This document shows, piece by piece, positions 56,148 through 64,000 of a DNA stretch of 64,000 bases. Position numbers and translations under genes: made by a program. The notes below the pieces were generated by a model that saw only the letters and a program-made list of their open reading frames with translations, ran no database searches and was not told the DNA's origin. Source of the stretch: Patescibacteria group bacterium (lineage in GTDB: Bacteria > Patescibacteriota > Minisyncoccia > Phycocordibacterales > SBAW01); NCBI GenBank assembly GCA_019752125.1, contig JAIEMM010000002.1, forward strand, positions 3,062 to 67,061, read 5' to 3'. Position 1 is the first letter of the stretch, and every line of letters starts with the position of its first letter.

Positions 56148-58025
56148 TTATCGGATTTCGAAGCCTTTTGCTTTTAGTGCCGAGTACACCTTTTCCATGG
56201 CAGTATTTGCTTCAGAATCTTCAAGGGTTTTGTCGAATGACTGGAAAATCAAGCGGAATGCGAGTGAAGTTTTGTCAGCTTTTTGGAAGCGGTCGAAGAG
56301 ACGAACGCTTTGAAGCATTCCGCCAGCTGGCGGATCCCCTGCTTCTTCCTCAATCATTTCTACGACCGCATTTTCATCAGTCCCCTCTGGAATCCAAAAG
56401 GCTACATCGCGAATAATGTACGGATATTTAGAAAATGGTTTGTATTGCTGTGCCCCAGAGATTGGGTAGCTTTCGTACTGACCAGGCACAGCCTCTGGCG
56501 CGTGCATCTCAAGCGGCTCTTCAACAGCCGGTTCTTTTTCTGTGACGATTCCGACCATCATTGCCTCCTTTCCGTCTTTCCAGACTGTTCCGATCTCAAA
56601 CAATTTTATTTCTTTGAGTCCAAGCAAATCTTTATTAGGGATATTTTTCTTAAGTGCATCGTTCAATCCCGAAATAAGGCTGGTGCGAAGATATGGTTTT
56701 ACTCCATCAACTTTGTTAAGTACTGTTCGCTCGCCTGTTTCCGCAAAGACACTGGTAAAGACTTCGGAGTAGCCCCCTGCCATCAATTCCTCACGCACTT
56801 TTTCTGCCACATAGAAGCCAACATTAACTTCCGGCTGTTTTGAAAATGGCGGAAGTTCTACTGGCAGGACTTTGTCGTAGCCAATGATGCGGCCAACTTC
56901 TTCAACAAGATCTTCTGCGATTACGAGGTCCAGGCGTTCAAATGGAGGTTGTACTTCAAATACTCCATCTTGTTCTTTATACGGGAGGCCCAAACGTTGA
57001 AATACATCGGCGATATCTGCACCGGTGAGAGATGTGCCAAGAATTTTATTTACTTGTTCGACCGTTACTGAAACGTATGTTTTCTGCTGAGGCGCTGGAT
57101 ACACATCAACCACTGAGACTACCTCCCCACCCATATTCATATCCGGACGCTGCATCAATTCGATCATTCCATTAATGCCGTGCATGCAAAGCTCCGGAGA
57201 AATAACCTGCTCAAAGCGCGACGACGCGTCGGTGCGCAGCTTGAGAGCTGCTGCGGTTTTGCGTGTTGTAACACCATCAAAGTTTGCTGACTCAACAATG
57301 ATATCTACGGTGTCCGTAGAAATACCTGACGGCATGCCACCTTTTACTCCAGCCAGACCTATAACCTCATTTGAGTCAGTAATAACAAGCATTGATTCTT
57401 TTAGATCATATTCTTTGCCATCAAGCGCAAGCATTTTTTCACCATTTTTCGCAGCACGAACCTCGATGGCGTAGCAAGGTCCGACCTTGCCGTCGCCTGA
57501 CAAGGTCGGACCTTGCCCAAGCTTCCTTGCATCGAAGGCATGAAGTGGCTGGCCGGTGTTAAACATGACAAAGTTTGTTGCATCTACAACGTTGTTGATA
57601 GAGCGCTGTCCTATTGCTTCCAGTCTTTCTTGCAGCCATTTTGGTGAAGGTCCGACCTTCACACCCTTAATGTGTGCAGCAATATAGCGTTTGCAGAGTG
57701 GCGTATTTAGAGCGACGGAAACAGTTGCTTCTCGAACGTCCCCTTGCTGGCCTGCAGCGAGAGAAGCAACTGTTTCCGAAGCGACAAAGGGATCGTGAGC
57801 GAAAGGTGTTTTTAAAATAGCTGAAAGCTCTTTTGCAATACCACGATGCGACAAACAATCGTGCCCACGGTTTGCTGTGATTTTTACATCAAGCACCTCA
57901 TCCCCACCTACTGTATCTACGCCATCTATTTCAAACGCATGAAATGTCAAAGCATCGGAAAGAGCTTCTGCCTTTGGCAGAGGAGCATCAAAGAATTTAT
58001 CGAGCCAGAGTTTTGAGACTTTCAT
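56148..58025 (-). CDS. pheT: Phenylalanine--tRNA ligase beta subunit (short form)
   Basis: NRGHDCLS, INNVVDATN, GQPLHAFD, RLDL...DLVEEVGRI.GY, FDX-ACB; three palindromic insertions. Confidence 0.95.
   Translation of the reverse strand: MKVSKLWLDKFFDAPLPKAEALSDALTFHAFEIDGVDTVGGDEVLDVKITANRGHDCLSHRGIAKELSAILKTPFAHDPFVASETVASLAAGQQGDVREATVSVALNTPLCKRYIAAHIKGVKVGPSPKWLQERLEAIGQRSINNVVDATNFVMFNTGQPLHAFDARKLGQGPTLSGDGKVGPCYAIEVRAAKNGEKMLALDGKEYDLKESMLVITDSNEVIGLAGVKGGMPSGISTDTVDIIVESANFDGVTTRKTAAALKLRTDASSRFEQVISPELCMHGINGMIELMQRPDMNMGGEVVSVVDVYPAPQQKTYVSVTVEQVNKILGTSLTGADIADVFQRLGLPYKEQDGVFEVQPPFERLDLVIAEDLVEEVGRIIGYDKVLPVELPPFSKQPEVNVGFYVAEKVREELMAGGYSEVFTSVFAETGERTVLNKVDGVKPYLRTSLISGLNDALKKNIPNKDLLGLKEIKLFEIGTVWKDGKEAMMVGIVTEKEPAVEEPLEMHAPEAVPGQYESYPISGAQQYKPFSKYPYIIRDVAFWIPEGTDENAVVEMIEEEAGDPPAGGMLQSVRLFDRFQKADKTSLAFRLIFQSFDKTLEDSEANTAMEKVYSALKAKGFEIR
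56319..56334. repeat. Palindrome family A in pheT
   Basis: TCCGCCAGCTGGCGGA, in DPPAGG. Confidence 0.9.
57474..57515. repeat. Palindrome family B doublet in pheT
   Basis: GCAAGGTCCGACCTTGC ... CAAGGTCGGACCTTG; encodes QGPTLSGDGKVGPC. Confidence 0.88.
57716..57778. repeat. 18-bp perfect inverted repeat in pheT
   Basis: CGGAAACAGTTGCTTCTC-N27-GAGAAGCAACTGTTTCCG; 63 nt. Confidence 0.85.
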
Positions 58026-58027
58026 AA

Positions 58028-58792
58028 TTAGAATTGGTTGATGAAGCGGAGATCAGCTGAATGCATAAGTCGGATATCATCAATTGCCCAGCGGACGATT
58101 GCAAGACGGTCGAGGCCCATACCGAAGGCAAACCCACGATATTTTTGAGGGTCGAGGCCTGCGTTCTTGATTACATTCGGGTGCACCATGCCAGCGCCCA
58201 TCATTTCTATCCAACGGTCACGAAGTTTTTCCGGCGCAGTCTCGCCCACCAAACGCATATCAACTTCTACTGACGGTTCTGTAAACGGAAAGAAGCTTGG
58301 ACGAAAACGAACTTCAACATTTACACCTTTGAACAATTCTTTGAAGAAGCGCTCGAGTGTTCCCTTCAAGTTAGCGAGTGTGACATCTTCGCCAACAGCC
58401 AATCCTTCAATCTGAAAGAATTCTGCTTCGTGTGTCATGTCTGTTGCTTCGTTGCGGAAAACTTTTCCCGGCACGATGACGCGATACGGCGGCTGAATAC
58501 CTTTTTTAAGCTGTTCTTCCATGTAGCGAACCTGCACAGGCGAGGTGTGCGTGCGCATAACTGTCTCCGGCTCATCCTTCATGAAAAAGGTGTCTTGCAT
58601 GTCGCGAGCAGGGTGGTCTTTGGGCACATTAAGTGCATCAAAGTTGTACCATTCGCTTTCAACAAGCGGACCTGAGGCAAAGGCGAAACCCATCTCGGAG
58701 AAAATAGCGTTCGCCTCGCGGATAAGTGAAGAAATCGGGTGCATGTGCCCGCGCATTTCAGCCTTATTTTCAGGGTTTAATTCGCTTTTCAT
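58028..58792 (-). CDS. pheS: Phenylalanine--tRNA ligase alpha subunit (N-terminally short)
   Basis: NFDALN.P.DHPARDMQDTF, RTHTSPVQ, FFPFTEPS, GFAFGMG.DR. Confidence 0.96.
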   Translation of the reverse strand: MKSELNPENKAEMRGHMHPISSLIREANAIFSEMGFAFASGPLVESEWYNFDALNVPKDHPARDMQDTFFMKDEPETVMRTHTSPVQVRYMEEQLKKGIQPPYRVIVPGKVFRNEATDMTHEAEFFQIEGLAVGEDVTLANLKGTLERFFKELFKGVNVEVRFRPSFFPFTEPSVEVDMRLVGETAPEKLRDRWIEMMGAGMVHPNVIKNAGLDPQKYRGFAFGMGLDRLAIVRWAIDDIRLMHSADLRFINQF

Positions 58793-58799
58793 ACGGCTC

Positions 58800-58814
58800 A
58801 GTATACCGTATACT
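58800..58814. promoter_or_regulatory. Palindromic bidirectional -10 pair
   Basis: AGTATAC-C-GTATACT gives TATACT on each strand, 7 nt before the pheS and GT2 starts. Confidence 0.6.
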
Positions 58815-58821
58815 CTCAGAT

Positions 58822-60066
58822 ATGGATATTGGTACATCGGGCATTTACCTATGCCTGTTCCTCGCCGTCTATTTTGAGGTTTTTCTGCTTATCTCCTTCT
58901 TCGAAAAGCGCCCCACCAAGAAAACAAAGGCCTTGCCAGACCACTACCCAAGTGTGGCTATTTTGGTTCCCTGCTGGAACAAGGGCGACACCCTCGCTCC
59001 GACCATCCATTCTCTCCTTGCGATGGACTACCCGAAAGACAAACTCCAGATTGTCATCATCGACGACGGATCAACCGACAATACATTTGAGGCCGCACAG
59101 CAATTTGCGCACAATCCTCAAGTCTCAATCTTTCAAAAAGAAAACGAGGGTAGTAAATACTCGGCACTTAACTTCGGCCTTGAACATTCACAGAGCGACT
59201 TGGTCGGCTGCCTCGACGCCGACTCCTTCGTAGAAAAAGACGCACTCATTGAAATGGTGAAGGCCTTCAATGAAGATCCGACAATAATGGCAGCGGCGCC
59301 AGCAATGAAGGTCAATCGTCCAAAAAATTTCCTCGAACTTATGCAGTCGGTTGAATATACCTTTGGTATTTTCTATAAGAAAATGTTCGACAACATCAAC
59401 GCAATCTCCGTTCTTCCAGGACCTTTCTCAATTTACCGCCGCTCATTGTTTGCAATAGTCGGACCATTCCGCAAAGCACACCACACAGAAGATATGGAGA
59501 TGGCATTTCGCATACACGTAAATGGCCTCAAAATTGTGAACGTCCATACAGCCTTTGTTCATACCAATGTTCCTAAAACTGTTGGCGCACTTATCCGTCA
59601 ACGCACACGCTGGTCCCGTGGCTTTTTGGAGAACTCTCGCGATTACTCGTACGTGTACTTCAATAAAAAATATGGGAACTTCGGTATGTTGGCGCTGCCG
59701 CTTGGCCTTGCTGGGTTCGCAGCCGGCCTCTACACAGCAGGCTTCGCAGCGTGGCGCCTAAGCTCATACGTAGTTACCAAGGCATACAGTCTCTGGCTAA
59801 CACATGTGCCAATCTCCCTTTCACTTCCCCACCATCAGCCACAGTGGCTCTATATCATCGACACAAGCATGCTTTCTTTCCTCATTGTCTTTACCCTCGG
59901 TATGACATTTACCGCAATATTCATAGGACAGCGCATCTCAGGTACAAAACTCACCCTCATCTCCTTTGTCTCGTATTTCCTCTTGTACGGATTTGTCGCA
60001 CCTTTCTGGCTTGCGCGTGCAGGCTGGGATACTGTATTGTCCAAGGAACGCGGATGGCTCACATAG
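58822..60066 (+). CDS. Processive glycosyltransferase family 2, multi-TM
   Basis: DDGSTD, DADS, TED, QRTRW motifs. Confidence 0.9.
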   Translation: MDIGTSGIYLCLFLAVYFEVFLLISFFEKRPTKKTKALPDHYPSVAILVPCWNKGDTLAPTIHSLLAMDYPKDKLQIVIIDDGSTDNTFEAAQQFAHNPQVSIFQKENEGSKYSALNFGLEHSQSDLVGCLDADSFVEKDALIEMVKAFNEDPTIMAAAPAMKVNRPKNFLELMQSVEYTFGIFYKKMFDNINAISVLPGPFSIYRRSLFAIVGPFRKAHHTEDMEMAFRIHVNGLKIVNVHTAFVHTNVPKTVGALIRQRTRWSRGFLENSRDYSYVYFNKKYGNFGMLALPLGLAGFAAGLYTAGFAAWRLSSYVVTKAYSLWLTHVPISLSLPHHQPQWLYIIDTSMLSFLIVFTLGMTFTAIFIGQRISGTKLTLISFVSYFLLYGFVAPFWLARAGWDTVLSKERGWLT

Positions 60067-60092
60067 CCTCGTTTATATATTAAATAGATATA

Positions 60093-60761
60093 ATGGCCTG
60101 GAAAAAATACTTACTTGCATTGGTTGTAACAGCACTAATCTTTACCACCGCCTTTTATGCCGCGTGGCGCTTTAACCAAGCCCGTATAGCGGACATTGCT
60201 GCAACGGAGCAAAGCATTTCTATAGACATTCTTTCTTCAGAAACCCAGTTTGACTTGCTCGGCAATCTCGACTGCAAGACTATCGAAGAGAACGACATCT
60301 TGTCTGACGAACTTAATTCCCTTGCGTCACGCCTTTCTGTTGCAGAACAAAATCTCGGTTCAGACAACAAGCAGGTTATGTTGCTTAAAAAGCAGTACTC
60401 GTTGCTCGAGATTAAAGACTACGTGCTACTTGAGCAGATCTCTAAAAAATGTAATCTGAAACCAGTTTATATCCTCTACTTCTATTCAAACGCTGGTGAC
60501 TGCACACAATGTGGTGAAGCAGGCCAGGTGCTCACCTACCTCCGCCAAACCTACCCAGGCCTCCGTGTATATTCCTTCGACTACAACCTCGACCTCTCAG
60601 CACTTAAGACGCTCGAATCGCTCAATAAAGTACATGGGCCATTGCCAGCCTATATCATCAACGGCCGCGCTCCAATCTTCGGCTTTAAGCCACTAGACGA
60701 ACTACAGAAGATCATGCCGGAGCTTAAAACTCTCGCTACCTCAACAAAGCCCTCAAACTAG
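60093..60761 (+). CDS. Membrane-anchored protein with CxxC thioredoxin-like C-terminus
   Basis: N-terminal TM; LYFYS...CTQC; VYSFD; LP.YII. Confidence 0.65.
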   Translation: MAWKKYLLALVVTALIFTTAFYAAWRFNQARIADIAATEQSISIDILSSETQFDLLGNLDCKTIEENDILSDELNSLASRLSVAEQNLGSDNKQVMLLKKQYSLLEIKDYVLLEQISKKCNLKPVYILYFYSNAGDCTQCGEAGQVLTYLRQTYPGLRVYSFDYNLDLSALKTLESLNKVHGPLPAYIINGRAPIFGFKPLDELQKIMPELKTLATSTKPSN

Positions 60762-60783
60762 GACTCTGCTTTAAAAACTTTCT

Positions 60784-60859
60784 TGGAGCCGCCTCCCAGA
60801 TTTGAACTGGGGACCTTCTCTTTACAAAAGAGTTGCTCTACCAACTGAGCTAAGGCGGC
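60784..60859 (-). tRNA. tRNA-Thr(TGT)
   Basis: 76-nt cloverleaf GCCGCCTTAGCTCAGTTGGTAGAGC...TTTGTAA...GTTCAAATC...GGCGGCTCCA with encoded CCA. Confidence 0.95.
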
Positions 60860-60884
60860 GTATGGAACTAAGACTGCGACTGAA

Positions 60885-61313
60885 CTATATTCCTGTGTTT
60901 TCTACTTCCTCTTGAACTTTACCTGACTCTTTATCTTGCACAAGTTGACGCTTGTGTTCAGCTATCTCACGCAAGAAGGCTGAGGCTTCCTTACTGCTAC
61001 GAGGTCGTTCTGTAACGCCGCGTAGGTTGGCAAGCACACGCTCAAGCCCTTGCTCAGCCCACAACAGCGAATACGCTGCGCCACGGTGTACGAGGACTCG
61101 CCCCTCGCTCACCCCACGTCGCGCAAGCTGAGTTATAAGGTGCGGCAGGACACGTTCGATCCACACAAGAACACGGTGGGATACCTGTGACACATGGGGA
61201 CGGACCCCAGCGAGCACCATATTACCTGTTCGCAACTCCCAGCGTTTTATCGCTAACAAAGAAACAAGCCCTACAATTGAAATGCCTAGCAATACGGTGA
61301 AAAAAAGCACCAT
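60885..61313 (-). CDS. Hypothetical membrane-anchored protein
   Basis: N-terminal TM; S.FLREIAEHK; same strand just after tsf. Confidence 0.7.
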   Translation of the reverse strand: MVLFFTVLLGISIVGLVSLLAIKRWELRTGNMVLAGVRPHVSQVSHRVLVWIERVLPHLITQLARRGVSEGRVLVHRGAAYSLLWAEQGLERVLANLRGVTERPRSSKEASAFLREIAEHKRQLVQDKESGKVQEEVENTGI

Positions 61314-61328
61314 ACGTTTAGTCTAGCA

Positions 61329-61784
61329 TTAGTGAACTGCAAGACAACTGATCTTGCTGACCTCTACACGCTCACCAAACTTCTGCGTTGCACCTGCAAG
61401 CAGCTCTGCAATAGTTTTTGAAGGATCCTTGATAAAGGTCTCAGAGACGAGAGCCTCTACCGACTCACTACGCATTGCTGCTACATGCATGGCAATATCG
61501 CGTGCGAGAGCTTCAAATTCTGGGTTCTTTGAAACGAAGTCGGTTTCCGAGCAAAGCACCACCATAGCGCCAACCTGGCCCGCATTGTGGATGTATGAGA
61601 CAACTGTACCCGCGGCAAGCTCGCGGTCTGACTTCTTTGCAACCATAGCTGCTGAGCGCGTCTTAAGGACCTCCATGGCCTTTTCCATATCGCCATCTGC
61701 CTCCGTAAGAGCTTTTTTGCATTCCATAACTGAAATGCCTGTTTTGTCGCGCAATTCTTTTACTGCTTCAGTGGTTATTTCCAT
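61329..61784 (-). CDS. tsf: Elongation factor Ts (short form)
   Basis: VKELRDKTG.SVMECKKAL, SETDFV, IAMHVAA, FGE.V. Confidence 0.95.
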   Translation of the reverse strand: MEITTEAVKELRDKTGISVMECKKALTEADGDMEKAMEVLKTRSAAMVAKKSDRELAAGTVVSYIHNAGQVGAMVVLCSETDFVSKNPEFEALARDIAMHVAAMRSESVEALVSETFIKDPSKTIAELLAGATQKFGERVEVSKISCLAVH

Positions 61785-61815
61785 AGAGAACAAGCTTATT
61801 TAGTAAAAACGTAAA

Positions 61816-62541
61816 CTAGTTTGTCTGGGCTGCGAGCGACTCAGGGTTGGTAACTGTGCCAAGATTCTGTTCATAGGCTTTTGCTACTTCATCGAGGACG
61901 TACGAGATGACATGGAAAGAAGAGTCGTTCGCAGGAATTGGATATGTGACACCGCTCATATCGCAGTCTGTATTGAGAAGCGCGATAACAGGGATATTGA
62001 GTTGGATTGCTTCAGCAATTGCACCCTTCTCGTGCCCTGGGTCAATAACAAACATTGCATCAGGTATTTTGGTCATACCCTTCAAACCTCCAAACATGCG
62101 TTCAAGGTCTACGATGTTGCGGTCAATGAGCAAACGTTCGTGCTTTGTGAATTTGCTTAGTTCGCCTTTTTCGCGCTGGTCTGTCTGTTCTGACAAAAGA
62201 TTGAGGCGTTTTTTGATTTCAGAAAAGTTAGTGAGAGTACCGCCGATCCAGCGAGATGCCACGTACGGCAAATTGAGGCGCTCTGCTGCGCGCTTGAGCG
62301 GTTCGCGTGATTCTGCTTTACCACCGACAAAAAGGATGGTTTTGCGGCTTCCTGCGAGGCCTTTTACAACTTCGAGGGCTGCAGCAAGAGAGTCGGCGGT
62401 CTGCTCCAAGTCAAAGAGCTCAGTACCGCCTTTTGTACCGAAAATATAACGAGCCACCGAAGGATGGCGGCGGGATGGCGCATACCCGAAGTGGGCGCCA
62501 AGCTTGAACAAAGTGTCGATTATTGATTTATTTTCTTCCAT
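61816..62541 (-). CDS. rpsB: 30S ribosomal protein S2
   Basis: GAHFG, RWIGGTLTNF, PIPANDS. Confidence 0.96.
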   Translation of the reverse strand: MEENKSIIDTLFKLGAHFGYAPSRRHPSVARYIFGTKGGTELFDLEQTADSLAAALEVVKGLAGSRKTILFVGGKAESREPLKRAAERLNLPYVASRWIGGTLTNFSEIKKRLNLLSEQTDQREKGELSKFTKHERLLIDRNIVDLERMFGGLKGMTKIPDAMFVIDPGHEKGAIAEAIQLNIPVIALLNTDCDMSGVTYPIPANDSSFHVISYVLDEVAKAYEQNLGTVTNPESLAAQTN

Positions 62542-62586
62542 AGAGACCCACGTAAATTAACATGTTGGGTGGTATTACGCAACTTC

Positions 62587-62635
62587 TGACCAAGGTCCGA
62601 CCTTGCCATCCTCTGGCAAGGTCGGACCTTGGTCA
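62587..62635. repeat. Palindrome family B doublet overlapping the prfA stop codon
   Basis: TGACCAAGGTCCGACCTTGCCA-TCCTC-TGGCAAGGTCGGACCTTGGTCA, 22-bp perfect arms. Confidence 0.92.
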
Positions 62636-63607
62636 TTCTTCCTCTCCAGTGTCACTAAAGTTCCCTTCTGCACCAGCCAGGGCATCCAAAATAGGGTCCA
62701 AGCCACCTTGGAAGATAATAGGCAGGTTGTGCCAGCTTTCCCTGAGGCGATGGTCTGTAATACGGTCCTGGAGGATGTTGTAGGTACGGATCTTTTCAGA
62801 TCGACTGCCTGTGCCTATCTGCTCCTTACGGTCAGCGGAGAGCTTCGATCGCGCTTTTTCTTCTTCATACTGCTCGAGCTTTGCGAGCAAGACCCCCATA
62901 GCTTTTTCACGGTTGCCGAGCTGGTTACGTTCTGATTGTGATCGTGCCTCAATACCTGTAGGTTTGTGCACGATACGCACCGCTGTTTCAACCTTGTTGA
63001 CGTTTTGCCCGCCTGCACCACCTGCGCGCGAGAATTCCATTTCTATGTCGCCAGGATTGATTTCGACTGTATGTTTTTTACGGATAGGAAGCATAGCAAC
63101 TGAAGCAGTCGAGGTGTGTACGCGGCCAGACTTTTCTGTAGCAGGAATGCGCTGGATGCGGTGCACGCCCGTCTCAAAACGCATACGTTTGTATACGCCC
63201 AGACCCTTAATTTCGAGAATGACCTCTTTATATCCACCCAAGTCTGTTTTAGATTCTGAGAGAATACGCACCTGCCACCCCCGCGCTTCCGCATATGCGC
63301 GATACATGTGCGAAAGTTCCTCGGCAAACAAGGCGGCCTCTTCGCCACCGGTACCTGCACGGATTTCCATTATGGCTTCGTTCGGAAACTCTTCCTCTTG
63401 CTTTTCCTTCTCGAGGATTTTTTCTATCTCTGCAATAAGTGCAGCCTTTTGGTCCTCAATGCGAGCAAGGTCATCCTTCGCGAGTTCACCTAAGTCCCCT
63501 GCCGCCAGCTCTTTTATCTCCGCCTCTTCTACAAGCAGGCGTTCAAGCTCGACTGCAAAATAGGCAGTTTTTGGATTCTCTTTGTATTTATCTATATCCA
63601 TATTCAT
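62633..63607 (-). CDS. prfA: Peptide chain release factor 1
   Basis: [18 protein letters not shown] (PxT), [18 protein letters not shown]; exact start uncertain. Confidence 0.95.
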   Translation of the reverse strand: MNMDIDKYKENPKTAYFAVELERLLVEEAEIKELAAGDLGELAKDDLARIEDQKAALIAEIEKILEKEKQEEEFPNEAIMEIRAGTGGEEAALFAEELSHMYRAYAEARGWQVRILSESKTDLGGYKEVILEIKGLGVYKRMRFETGVHRIQRIPATEKSGRVHTSTASVAMLPIRKKHTVEINPGDIEMEFSRAGGAGGQNVNKVETAVRIVHKPTGIEARSQSERNQLGNREKAMGVLLAKLEQYEEEKARSKLSADRKEQIGTGSRSEKIRTYNILQDRITDHRLRESWHNLPIIFQGGLDPILDALAGAEGNFSDTGEEE

Positions 63608-63619
63608 TGCTGTAGCGAA

Positions 63620-63719
63620 AAACACCTATGTCTTTCGGGCACCGGAAATTGTTTGCTAACAATTTCCTATGTCTCGCGCCGGTTGCGCTCGACTAATTGC
63701 CCGATAGCCACAGGTGTTT
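63620..63719. other. Branched structured intergenic element
   Basis: Nested stems AAACACCT/AGGTGTTT, TCGGGCA/TGCCCGA, GGAAATTGTT/AACAATTTCC, GCGC/GCGC. Confidence 0.65.
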
Positions 63720-63732
63720 AAAGCATGCGTCC

Positions 63733-63942
63733 TTATTTCTTCGCAGCTGCGCGACGTTGTTTGAATTTCTCCACGCGACCAGCAGTGTCGAGGATTTTCT
63801 CGTTACCAGTGTAGAACGGGTGGCACGCACTGCAGATTTCAACGCTTAGAGATTCTGATGTTGAGCCAACAGTAAAGGAATTGCCACATACGCACGTGAC
63901 TTTCGCCTCTGGGAAATACGTTGGGTGGGTTTCTGCTTTCAT
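63733..63942 (-). CDS. rpmE: 50S ribosomal protein L31
   Basis: [26 protein letters not shown]. Confidence 0.96.
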   Translation of the reverse strand: MKAETHPTYFPEAKVTCVCGNSFTVGSTSESLSVEICSACHPFYTGNEKILDTAGRVEKFKQRRAAAKK

Positions 63943-64000
63943 GCGGATATATTAGCACACCAAAACCGAAAATCAAGGACATTGGGCCACGTAGCTTGGA

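Noticed and set aside
57646-57660. Single family-B-like palindrome GAAGGTCCGACCTTC in pheT
   Set aside because: Encodes the normal PheT KVGPS stretch, is a single unit and shows no evident indel; may be chance
60760-60885. tRNA-Thr as an integration site
   Set aside because: No integrase and no duplicated tRNA 3' end seen in the window

Overview
A compact bacterial chromosome segment in the standard genetic code. Gene content points to Patescibacteria/CPR, probably Parcubacteria (inference): truncated ThrS, PheS and EF-Ts, a short SMC, a NusB-Nudix fusion, and almost no metabolic genes. The backbone is housekeeping genes: nrdAB, truB, hisS, rpoD, dnaG, a fused rpoB-rpoC, trmD, rpsP, rnr, smc, rnc, nusB, rpmF, rnhB, dnaE, thrS, gyrB, pheT, pheS, tRNA-Thr, tsf, rpsB, prfA and rpmE. 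There is also a glycosyltransferase/lipid cluster and a sortase locus with IPYTG-type surface proteins. Five patterns stand out. (1) At least three families of short DNA palindromes, plus several unique hairpins, are inserted in frame in essential genes (dnaG, pheT, trmD, gyrB); one family exactly brackets a TrpR/YerC-like gene. (2) A probable orphan diversity-generating retroelement (DGR) target gene. (3) A sortase with two low-complexity IPYTG substrates. (4) Many core genes appear leaderless, some from bidirectional -10 boxes, while orphan genes sit in stand-alone promoter-SD-ORF-terminator units. (5) A class Ic (Mn/Fe) ribonucleotide reductase. No CRISPR array, rRNA, transposase, integrase or reverse transcriptase was seen. 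All calls come from motif recognition by eye; no searches were run.
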